A stretch of 64,000 nt of DNA from Sumerlaeia bacterium (GTDB lineage Bacteria > Sumerlaeota > Sumerlaeia > SLMS01 > JAHLLQ01). The notes under the pieces were generated by a model. It ran no database searches and had not been told where the DNA came from. It saw only the letters and a list, made by a program, of their open reading frames with translations. The position numbers and the translations under genes were made by a program. This document shows, one piece after another, positions 9,455-17,691 of the stretch (positions are counted from its first letter, which is position 1; each line of letters begins with the position of its first letter). The DNA lies in NCBI GenBank assembly GCA_040219255.1, contig JAVJSW010000068.1:273800-337799 (forward strand). The letters run 5' to 3'.

Positions 9455-9925
9455 TCAATCCTCGAGATAGTCTTCCCGCGAGAGCACTTCGAGAACATAG
9501 TACACGCATTTGCGAAGTAAGAAAGGGCTTTGCGCTTCGAAGTCACCGGCGGTGATGAAGGCTCGGGCCCCGGCGCGGGTTCGGGCGGAGAAGTCTTCCC
9601 AACTCTCGGCGCCTTCGTCCCACATCGGATCGGGGGTCCACCGGGGCATGGTCTTGCGTTTGGACTTGTCCAGCAGATAGGCGCTGGCGGTTTGGCCCGG
9701 GTGGGCGAATTCGACCAGCAGGCAGGGCTGGACGGCGAGGATGGCACAGCCGTCCCGCGCCAAAAAGTCCAGGCCGGCGAGCGCGTCGTCCCGGCGCCAG
9801 GCGCTCCGGCCATCGGGCAGGGGAAAGGCGCGAGCCTGGAACCGGGCGGCGCTGTCGGGCGCCGGCGGCAGCCGTTTCCCGCTCTCCCGCAGCAGATAAA
9901 GCATCATTCGAATCGCAGCGATCAT
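9455..9925 (-). CDS. Hypothetical protein, possibly Imm40-like immunity protein
   Basis: AWRRDDALAGLDFLARDGCAILA and ESWEDFSARTRAGARAFI recall the Imm40 pattern; resemblance judged from memory. Confidence 0.5.
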   Translation of the reverse strand: MIAAIRMMLYLLRESGKRLPPAPDSAARFQARAFPLPDGRSAWRRDDALAGLDFLARDGCAILAVQPCLLVEFAHPGQTASAYLLDKSKRKTMPRWTPDPMWDEGAESWEDFSARTRAGARAFITAGDFEAQSPFLLRKCVYYVLEVLSREDYLED

Positions 9926-10107
9926 GAACCCGGGGCTTCCTTTTGCGGCTCGTTTTTCCCATGGCGCACGCTTTGCGGCATGGGGGCGATGGAAAGAGTG
10001 ACGTGTCGTGATTCTTTGGAGCGGGAAAGTCTTGTGGGGCGGTGTCCAGCCCGGTTAGTGCTCGCTCGATTTCCATCATCCCCCCCGGAAGGAGGCGGCG
10101 CCACCCC

Positions 10108-10863
10108 ATGGAAGGCAACCCCGGCGGCATCAGCCGCGACGCCCACCTGTTTCATCTCAAGCAATGCCCCCTGTTTCAGCAACTGAGCCCCGACGAACTG
10201 AACGCGGTTTTCAATGCGTCGCAGATGGTGACGCTCGATGCACGCCAGAATATCCCGCCGAGTTCGAAGGGCGAACCGAGTGTCTGGGTGGTCAAGCGGG
10301 GCCACGTCAGCCTCTGCTACGTCGGCCCCGACGGCCGCGACGGTGTGGTCGTGATTCTCGGTCCGGGCGACCTGTTTGGCGCGCGGATGTCCGCGCCCGG
10401 CGAAGAAGCGGCCGAGGAAGAAAGCTACGGCGAGGTGCCTGTCACCCTCACCAGCGCCTGCCTTTGCCGCCTCAGCGTGAAGAAGCTGGAGGCTTTGCTG
10501 CTCCGTTATCCGAACATATCGTACTCCCTGAATAAGGCGAATTTCCGCCGCATTCATAAACTGCATGTCCGCATGGCGGACCTGATGATGCGGCCGGTGG
10601 ATCAGCGGGTCGCCATCGCCCTGCTGGATTTGGCCCAGATCGCCAGCACGGCCGGCGCCGATGGGTCGCGGACGCTGGATTTCACCGTCTCCCAGCGCGA
10701 ACTGTCCACCCTGGTCGGGAGCAGCCGCGAAATGGTGACGCGCGTGATGCAGCAGTTCCGTAAGAGCGGCCTGGTGCATTTCGAGCGGCGCATCATCACG
10801 CTGTGCGATGTGGCGCGACTCGAGGCCCTCGGCGGGCGCGTCGGCGCTCCGGCGGCGTCCTGA
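10108..10863 (+). CDS. Crp/Fnr family transcriptional regulator
   Basis: cNMP-binding segment (VKRGHV, ILGPGDLFG) and C-terminal HTH SQRELSTLVGSSREMVTRVM; GGAAGGAGG upstream. Confidence 0.93.
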   Translation: MEGNPGGISRDAHLFHLKQCPLFQQLSPDELNAVFNASQMVTLDARQNIPPSSKGEPSVWVVKRGHVSLCYVGPDGRDGVVVILGPGDLFGARMSAPGEEAAEEESYGEVPVTLTSACLCRLSVKKLEALLLRYPNISYSLNKANFRRIHKLHVRMADLMMRPVDQRVAIALLDLAQIASTAGADGSRTLDFTVSQRELSTLVGSSREMVTRVMQQFRKSGLVHFERRIITLCDVARLEALGGRVGAPAAS

Positions 10864-10980
10864 GAGCAATTCTATGCGGGATGATTTTTTTCCACAAGAA
10901 GTTGCTCTTGCCCGATGGGGCCGCCCCGCCCAGCATCGGCGAATCCTATCACGATGCTCACCGGTGCCGGGGATCCGCCC

Positions 10981-12567
10981 ATGTTTTTCTCCTTTTCACG
11001 ATCAGTCCGTCTCGCCTTGGCGCCGGCCCTCTTGACCGTCGCGGGGGCACTGGCCGCTCCTCCCGCACTCCAGGGCATCCCGCCCGCCACGGCCTTCACC
11101 GATCAGGGCGGCACCCTTCTCGGCGGCGATCTCTACGAATTGCGCAGCGCCTCCTTCGCCGACATCGACAACGATGGCGATCTGGACATTCTGCTCCAGG
11201 GCTCGACGGATTCGCGGCGGCTCTATCGCAACCTCCTGATCGAGAACGGCAGCCTGGCCTTTGAGGACATCACCGCCACCCACGGTCCCGCCGCCAACGA
11301 CACCTCGGGCTGGAGCGCGGCCTGGGGCGATTACAATGGCGATGGCCTGGTGGATGTGTTCCTGGGTCAGACCAACGGCGGCTCCTCGCGCGGCGATCTC
11401 TTTCGAAACGATGGTGCGGCGGGATTCACCGATGTATCGGCGACGACGATCAACGACCCGGGTTTCGCGCAGAACGTGGCATGGGCCGACATCGATAACG
11501 ATCGCGACCTGGACCTGCTGATCGCCATGGAAGGCCCCGAAAAGCACGAGGTCTATATCCAGGAGGTCGATGGCTCCTTTACCCAATCGGGCCTGGCCAC
11601 GGGGTTTCAGGCGCCCTTTGGCACCAAGTGCTACGGCATGGCCATCGGCGACCCGGACGCCGATGGCGACATGGATGTGTACCTGTCCACATGCCGCGTG
11701 GGAGGCAACATCCGGAACAATTTCTTCGAGAACCGCACCGTCGAGGACGGCGCCCTGGCGTTCGTGGATATCGCCGACACAAACGGCACGCAGTACCTGC
11801 CCAACAGCTACGCTACCCAGTTCCTGGACTTTGACGACGACGGCGACCTGGACCTGTTCATGTCCGGCGCGGATCAGGAAGACAACAAGATCTGGCGCAA
11901 CGACGGCGGCGGCGCCTGGACCGATGTGGACACGATCACGGGGACGCCTCTGACGCCGAACAACGGCGGCGATTTCAACGGCGCCCGCGCCATCGATTAC
12001 GACAACGACGGCGACTTGGACCTGTTTTTCCACGACCACAAGCCCTTCAACGGGGTAACCAACGCTCGCTCGCTCTTTCGCAACGAGGGCGATTGGGCAT
12101 TTGTTGAGGTCACCGCCGACGCCGGCATCGCGGCCCTAAACGAGGGCGCCTACGACAGCGCCTGGGGCGATGTGGATAACGATGGCGATCTGGATTTGCT
12201 GGCGCCGACGGACGGCAGTTTCCCCACCCGCCTGTTCCTGAGCGATGCGTCGGAGAACGGCAACCACTGGGTCCAGGTGCGGCTGCGCGGCATCGCGCCC
12301 AACACGCGGGCCATCGGCGCGGCGCTCTATGTGACGGTCAACGCGGGCACGCCCCAGGAACGCACCTATCGCCGCGACGCGAACACGAATGCGGGGGCCT
12401 TCAACCAGAGCGACACGCCGGTGCATTTCGGCCTGGGCGCGGCCTCGGTCATCGACCGCCTGCGCATCGTCTGGCCTGGCGGGCGCGAGCAGGTGATCGA
12501 TAACCCGGCCGTGGACATGCTGCACGTGATTGATTTTCCGCAGTTTGCGGGGGTGATGGTCAGGTGA
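10981..12567 (+). CDS. Secreted FG-GAP/VCBS repeat protein with ASPIC/UnbV domain (CRTAC1 family)
   Basis: Signal peptide; seven DxDxDGDLD-type repeats; NHWVQVRL, AIGA, HFGLG and IVWPGG. Confidence 0.92.
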   Translation: MFFSFSRSVRLALAPALLTVAGALAAPPALQGIPPATAFTDQGGTLLGGDLYELRSASFADIDNDGDLDILLQGSTDSRRLYRNLLIENGSLAFEDITATHGPAANDTSGWSAAWGDYNGDGLVDVFLGQTNGGSSRGDLFRNDGAAGFTDVSATTINDPGFAQNVAWADIDNDRDLDLLIAMEGPEKHEVYIQEVDGSFTQSGLATGFQAPFGTKCYGMAIGDPDADGDMDVYLSTCRVGGNIRNNFFENRTVEDGALAFVDIADTNGTQYLPNSYATQFLDFDDDGDLDLFMSGADQEDNKIWRNDGGGAWTDVDTITGTPLTPNNGGDFNGARAIDYDNDGDLDLFFHDHKPFNGVTNARSLFRNEGDWAFVEVTADAGIAALNEGAYDSAWGDVDNDGDLDLLAPTDGSFPTRLFLSDASENGNHWVQVRLRGIAPNTRAIGAALYVTVNAGTPQERTYRRDANTNAGAFNQSDTPVHFGLGAASVIDRLRIVWPGGREQVIDNPAVDMLHVIDFPQFAGVMVR

Positions 12568-12574
12568 TTGAATA

Positions 12575-12718
12575 GGAGCGCGGGCTTCCAGCCCGTGACC
12601 GGCGCGCCTTCTCCCACGTCATAAGCCGTGCTCCTAGGGCAACTTTCAGCAGACGAAGCCCATCGGCTGCGGTAGGAGTCGGGGCGTGGCTGGTCACGGG
12701 CGGGACGCCCGTGCTACA
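12575..12718. repeat. Inverted REP pair (REPIN-like)
   Basis: GGAGCGCGGGCTTCCAGCCCGTGACC and GGTCACGGGCGGGACGCCCGTGCTACA. Confidence 0.7.
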
Positions 12719-12755
12719 CAGGTCAGTTCAATTCCCAGAGCGCTCCCCCCCCCCC

Positions 12756-13640
12756 ATGATCCTCGTCGCCGGCATCGTCAACGTCGAAACCACCTTGCGG
12801 GTCGAAGGCTTTCCCGTCGATTACGCCAAATCCCGCTTCGCCTTCCACGGCGTCAGCGACCGCCTCGGCGGCGTCGGCTACAACGTGGCGGCGGGGTTGG
12901 CGGCATTGGGGGCCGGGGTGCGGCTCGTGGCGACGGTCGGCGGGGATCTGGCGGGGGCGACGATCCGGGGCGAGCTGGCGAAGCTGCCGGGCCTCGACAC
13001 CTCGGCACTGGCCGAGGTCCCGGGCGGATCACTGCGCAGCGTGGTGCTGGTCGATCCAGAGGGCGCCGGGGCGATTTTCACGGACCTGAAGGACGCGCAG
13101 GACCTGGCTTTTCCAGAGGACCGGTTCGAGGCCGCCCTCGACGGCGCGACGCATCTGCACGCGACCAACATCAACTGGGCCCACGCCTGCGCCGCCCGCG
13201 CCCGCGAACGCGGCCTGCCGGTCTCGACCGATGTTCAAGCCATCGGCGACCTCCTCGGCGACGCCTACAACCGGCGCTTTCTCGAACTGGCGGACATCGT
13301 GTTTTTCAGCGGCGAGAACCTCGGCGCCCCGCCCGGGGACGCCCTCGCGGCGGTGCTGGCGAACTACCCGGCGCGGCTCGTCATCTGCACCGCAGGCGCC
13401 CGCGGCGTCTGGGCGGCGGAGCGCGGCGCGCCCGCCATCGTCCACCAACCCGCCCCCGAAATCGACAAAACCCCCAACGCCACCGGCGCGGGCGACGCCT
13501 TCGCCGCAGGTTTCCTGCGGGCCTACCGCGCGGGCGGAATGGGCCTCGCGGAGTCCCTCGCCATCGGCCAACGCGTCGCGGCCCTGCGGATCACGACGCA
13601 CGGCGGGCGGTGGCCGGGGTGGGGGGAATTAAAGGGGTAA
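12756..13640 (+). CDS. PfkB family carbohydrate kinase
   Basis: GGVGYNVA, VGGDLAG, CTAGARG and ATGAGDAFAAGFL. Confidence 0.9.
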   Translation: MILVAGIVNVETTLRVEGFPVDYAKSRFAFHGVSDRLGGVGYNVAAGLAALGAGVRLVATVGGDLAGATIRGELAKLPGLDTSALAEVPGGSLRSVVLVDPEGAGAIFTDLKDAQDLAFPEDRFEAALDGATHLHATNINWAHACAARARERGLPVSTDVQAIGDLLGDAYNRRFLELADIVFFSGENLGAPPGDALAAVLANYPARLVICTAGARGVWAAERGAPAIVHQPAPEIDKTPNATGAGDAFAAGFLRAYRAGGMGLAESLAIGQRVAALRITTHGGRWPGWGELKG

Positions 13641-13782
13641 CACGGGTGTCTCACCCGTGGACCGGCCAGCCTTCTGCGACGCCGATTGGCCGTTGAGAAA
13701 GAGTGGCTTTCAGAGGCCGATGACATCCGGCCACTTCGGATCCAGAATCCCCGCCGGACACGGCCGAGACGGCCGTGCGACA
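13637..13782. repeat. Inverted REP pair
   Basis: GTAACACGGGTGTCTCACCCGTG and CACGGCCGAGACGGCCGTGCGAC. Confidence 0.6.
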
Positions 13783-13966
13783 CAGATTCGGTCCCCCCTC
13801 CCCCGTTGTCTGATAAGTGTATCTTGTCTTTCTTGTGCCGTAAGCTCCACATGAGGGGACAAACGGCCAGGCCTGTGAGAGGCTCCTTCCAACGTTCCGC
13901 CACGCGGCGGCCCAAGGAGCTTCACACCATGACTTCCCACATCCCCTTCGCTGTTCCGAGCGAATC

Positions 13967-15388
13967 CTATTCGTCCGCCCCGTCCATTTCGTCCAGCTCT
14001 TCCTCCCGGCGTTCCTCGCGGGGGGATTTCTCCGGCGCTGTGTCCACCGCGAAGGCGCTCTCGCCTTCGAAGACCGGGTTGCGTTCGCCGTTGCCGTCGT
14101 CGCACCACGAGCCGGCGCGGGGCGGGGGGTCCATCAGGTCTTCGATGCGCCAGAGTTCCTGGCCCACACACCCGATCAGGGCGCCGTCTTCGCCCAGAAC
14201 CCAGCGGCCGCCGGGTTTGCGTTCGTCCGTGTGGTGCAGGCGGCGGGTCAGGTCGGGGTCGATGGTGGTCAACTGGCCTTCGCGCCAGAACGCCACCCGG
14301 CCCGCGCGGTCGGCGACGGCGCCGCTGGTTTGCGTGCCCCGGATGTAGGGGCCGCGCTCGATGGTTTTGCCCGGCCGCAGGATCACCAGCCGCTTGCCCG
14401 GCACCCGGGGCGCGAGCTGGCGGGCCCACTTGCGCGCGTCCGGCAGGGCGTCCAGGGCTTCCCAGGCGTCCTGCTCCGGGTCTTTTTCGTTCGTGATTTC
14501 CACGCATCGCAGGGCGCCATCGGACCCCGCGACGCAATAGCCGTGTGTCTTCCAGTGCTCGGCGTACTGACCCTCTTCATCGAACAGGATGGTATCGAAA
14601 TGACCCCCACCCATGCTTCCAATCGCGAACCGATCGGGCCCGGCGGCGGCCTTGGCGGAATTGCGCAGCACCGGCGACGCCCAACGAATGCGCCCCGTCC
14701 CGGTGTCGAGGCCGTAGGACAGGCCCTGGCCGTCGCTGTCGGTGAAGCTGACCAGCAGCGTGCCGCCCGCCACGATCAGCGGGTTGCGCCCCGGCAGCCA
14801 ACTGACGCGCGGGCGCCAGCCGTCGGGGATTTGCAGCTCCGGGCCCTTCTGAAAAAAGCTGGGCTTGCGCGTGAAATACAACGTCGTCGCCCAGGCCGGT
14901 TTGCCATCGGCGTCAAAGGGCACATAAAGAACGCGGGGATCGCTCTTGCCCGGTTTGATGCCGGTGGCGCCTTCCGTTTTCATGGGAATCGTGGCGATCC
15001 AGAGGCCTTCCCCGCCGATCAGGAATTCGACGATTTGTTCGCCCTGTTTCAGACGCGGTTCGATCAGGCGGCCTTCCTCGCCGGGGGGCATCATTTCTTC
15101 GATTTCCGTGCCGCGATTGACCCAGATGGCGCCGTCGGGCCCGATCCGCAGCGACGGCACGAGCCCCGCGGCGGTGCGTTCTTCGGATTGGAGCACCGGG
15201 TGCTCGAAGAGCCGGCGGCCCCGTTTGTCGGTGACGAAGCAGACGTAGCCCGGTTCGGACTCGCCGAGGCCGCCCTGCGTTTCCAGCAGCACGGCGATGC
15301 GTTCGCCGGCGGTGCCCTGGCCGGAAATCGAGCGGGACATGGCGAAGTGGAGGGGCTGGCCCGGGAGGGGAGCGGTTTCGATATCCAT
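13967..15388 (-). CDS. Hypothetical protein, probable beta-propeller (PQQ-like)
   Basis: Coding-like from MDIETAPL; IGPDGAIWV, YGLDTGTGRIRW and LGEDGALIG, plus a C-terminal W..GNGERN. Confidence 0.65.
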   Translation of the reverse strand: MDIETAPLPGQPLHFAMSRSISGQGTAGERIAVLLETQGGLGESEPGYVCFVTDKRGRRLFEHPVLQSEERTAAGLVPSLRIGPDGAIWVNRGTEIEEMMPPGEEGRLIEPRLKQGEQIVEFLIGGEGLWIATIPMKTEGATGIKPGKSDPRVLYVPFDADGKPAWATTLYFTRKPSFFQKGPELQIPDGWRPRVSWLPGRNPLIVAGGTLLVSFTDSDGQGLSYGLDTGTGRIRWASPVLRNSAKAAAGPDRFAIGSMGGGHFDTILFDEEGQYAEHWKTHGYCVAGSDGALRCVEITNEKDPEQDAWEALDALPDARKWARQLAPRVPGKRLVILRPGKTIERGPYIRGTQTSGAVADRAGRVAFWREGQLTTIDPDLTRRLHHTDERKPGGRWVLGEDGALIGCVGQELWRIEDLMDPPPRAGSWCDDGNGERNPVFEGESAFAVDTAPEKSPREERREEELDEMDGADE

Positions 15389-15544
15389 GGCGGCGCGGCG
15401 GGGCCTTTCGGGAAAGGATGGAAGATTTGGAGCGCACAGGCGAAAAGCGGGCCTTGCACACCCCCATCTCGACACAGAACCCATAATGGGCAATGGGGAA
15501 CGCGGCGAAACGAAAATCTCACGCACGGTGGTCTTGCGCCCCAT

Positions 15545-15732
15545 TTCACCCCAGAGAATCACAGAGGACGGAATCTTCACAGAGAGTTTGCGGAAGCACG
15601 GCCGGGCACCACCGAAGGTTCTTTGGAAGACCAATGGATTCAATCTTCTTTCGGCATTCTTGATGGCTCGATGTCGATTTTTCCGATGAATGGAAGGGCC
15701 ATGCTCCCACGAAGTTTGCGTCACCCGGTGCA
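15545..15732. repeat. Lower-GC insert starting with a CACAGAG-type REP-like motif
   Basis: TTCACCCCAGAGAATCACAGAGGACGGAATCTTCACAGAG resembles the left end of the 3452 and 32127 elements. Confidence 0.45.
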
Positions 15733-15774
15733 CCAAGACGCCCGGACCCCCGAAGCCGAGGAGGCTGACCGCGC

Positions 15775-17646
15775 ATGAAATCCCGAAATGTACTCGTTGC
15801 TGCCTGTGCCGCTGTGCTGGCGATTTTTGTGATCTTGCTGATCTTCGCGCCGGAACGCGCCCGGGAAACGCAGGAGTACGAGCCCATCGCCGTTGCCAAA
15901 GCGGCGCAGGAAGCAGCCACCGACACTCCCCGCACCGCACCCGTGGGAACGCCCGCCGCCACGCCCGAGGCCGCGGAGCAGACCGCTGCGGCCAGCGCGG
16001 CCCCCTTCCGTCTCGCCGCCGAACTGTTGGCACCGGTCGGTGACGCAGACGGCGGCGTCACCGCCCTTGTCGGCATCACCGCCATCGCCCCGGAAGACCT
16101 CGCCGAGATGGAGGCCCAGCAGGCCGCCGGCGGCGAAGGCGCCGGGGCGCGCGGTTACTTCGAACTGGCCAACGTGCGCGAATGGATCCCGGCCCGCGTG
16201 ATCGCTTTGCCGGATGGCGAAGCGGGGGTGCGAACACTGCTCAGCCCCGATCTGCCGGACGCCCCGTTCTATCGCGTGGCGGCCTACACAGACCGCGGAA
16301 CGCTGTGGCTGGCGGATGTGTTCCCGGCCGAAACGGAGCCGCGCGAGGTCGAGAGCCAGGAATACCGGATGGTGCCCCAACCCATCGAGCCCATCGCGCC
16401 CACCGGTCTGCGGCTGCGGCTGGTGAACGACACGCTGGGCCAGGGCGAGTACCTGCTGCGGCTCTCGCGGCGCCCGGCGGAGGACGCCCTCTGGGCCGAG
16501 GACGCGTCGCGTATCGGCGGGCTGCTGGGCCGCATGGCCCCCGCCATCGCGGCGGCCTATCGCGAGGAAGCGCCGCTGGCCGTTACCGTGGACGAGGCCG
16601 CCCGGCTGGCGCCGCTCTACCCCGACCCGGCGGTGCGGCTGACGCTGCTGACGGTGAGCGGCGTCGAGGCGGAGCCGATGGTGGTCGAGCTGGCACCCGG
16701 GCAAATCGTGGAGGCGGAGCTGGACATCGGCGCACTCTTTGGCGACGACGCGGCGGCCGGGCTGGTGGATTTGCGGGGGCGCCTCGTGCGCGAGGGCAGC
16801 GGCGAGCCCATCGCCGGGGCCCTGGTGGAACGCCCCGGTGCGCCGGGCCAGAACCAGCGCATCACGGACGAGGACGGCCGATTCGTCTTCGAAGGCCTGC
16901 CCCGCGCCCGCGAGACTAAGCTGCGAGTCCTGGCCGCCGGGCCGGGCTCGGAATTTCCCGCCACGGCGGAGGAGGAAATGGGCCTGGGCCCGCGCCGCGC
17001 CATGCCGCGCGTCCACTGGCTGACGTTCGACCCCGTGGCGGACGCGTTGGAGGAAAGCGCTACCGAGGCGGAAGTGACCTTCGAAGTGCCCCAGTTCCGG
17101 TGGCTGCTGGCGGAAATCGACGAACGCGAGCGCGAACGGCTCGCCATCGGCGCCAAGGTGCCCTACCCGATCTATGTCCTCGAACGATACGACGAGGGCG
17201 CCGACGCCTGGCGCGAGACGGGGGCCGAGGAGTTCCTGCGCGAGGCCGACGGCATCGCCGTTTCCATCGAAGACCCGGGCATCTACCGCGTCGTGGCGGC
17301 GCGCTCGGCGGTGGACATGGCGTACAGCGAACCGGCCCTGGTCGAGAACGGCGAAGCGCGCACGCCGCTCGATTGGGAATTCGGGCGCGAAACGCAGATC
17401 TATGTGGAGGACGCGCAGACCGGCCGGCCCGTCGGCGGGGCCTACGTGGCGATCAGCGGCCCCTACGGCTCGCTGCCGCCGCTCGAAGGCGAAACGGCCA
17501 AGGACGGCTACTTCGAAACGGGTTCCGTCAGCGTCGGCCAGATCGAAGTCTTCGCCGGCTACGGCGACAAGGAAGGCACCACCCTGGTGGACTTGGACGA
17601 GGAGTTTCCCTCGACGATCACGGTGCGGATCGGGCCGGGGGAGTAG
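15775..17646 (+). CDS. Membrane-anchored protein with carboxypeptidase-regulatory-like (prealbumin/CnaB-like) domains
   Basis: N-terminal TM helix; LRGRLVREGSGEPIAGALV..ITDEDGRFVFEGLP and VEDAQTGRPVGGAYV..ETAKDGYF. Confidence 0.75.
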   Translation: MKSRNVLVAACAAVLAIFVILLIFAPERARETQEYEPIAVAKAAQEAATDTPRTAPVGTPAATPEAAEQTAAASAAPFRLAAELLAPVGDADGGVTALVGITAIAPEDLAEMEAQQAAGGEGAGARGYFELANVREWIPARVIALPDGEAGVRTLLSPDLPDAPFYRVAAYTDRGTLWLADVFPAETEPREVESQEYRMVPQPIEPIAPTGLRLRLVNDTLGQGEYLLRLSRRPAEDALWAEDASRIGGLLGRMAPAIAAAYREEAPLAVTVDEAARLAPLYPDPAVRLTLLTVSGVEAEPMVVELAPGQIVEAELDIGALFGDDAAAGLVDLRGRLVREGSGEPIAGALVERPGAPGQNQRITDEDGRFVFEGLPRARETKLRVLAAGPGSEFPATAEEEMGLGPRRAMPRVHWLTFDPVADALEESATEAEVTFEVPQFRWLLAEIDERERERLAIGAKVPYPIYVLERYDEGADAWRETGAEEFLREADGIAVSIEDPGIYRVVAARSAVDMAYSEPALVENGEARTPLDWEFGRETQIYVEDAQTGRPVGGAYVAISGPYGSLPPLEGETAKDGYFETGSVSVGQIEVFAGYGDKEGTTLVDLDEEFPSTITVRIGPGE

Positions 17647-17691
17647 GTTGGGGCCTGTCACAACGGGCGGCGGAACGCCAAGCTGGGGGGT

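Noticed and set aside
15389-16033. N-terminal extension of ORF 13967-16033
   Set aside because: It overlaps the divergent gene and a repeat element; protein-like sequence starts at ATG 15388.
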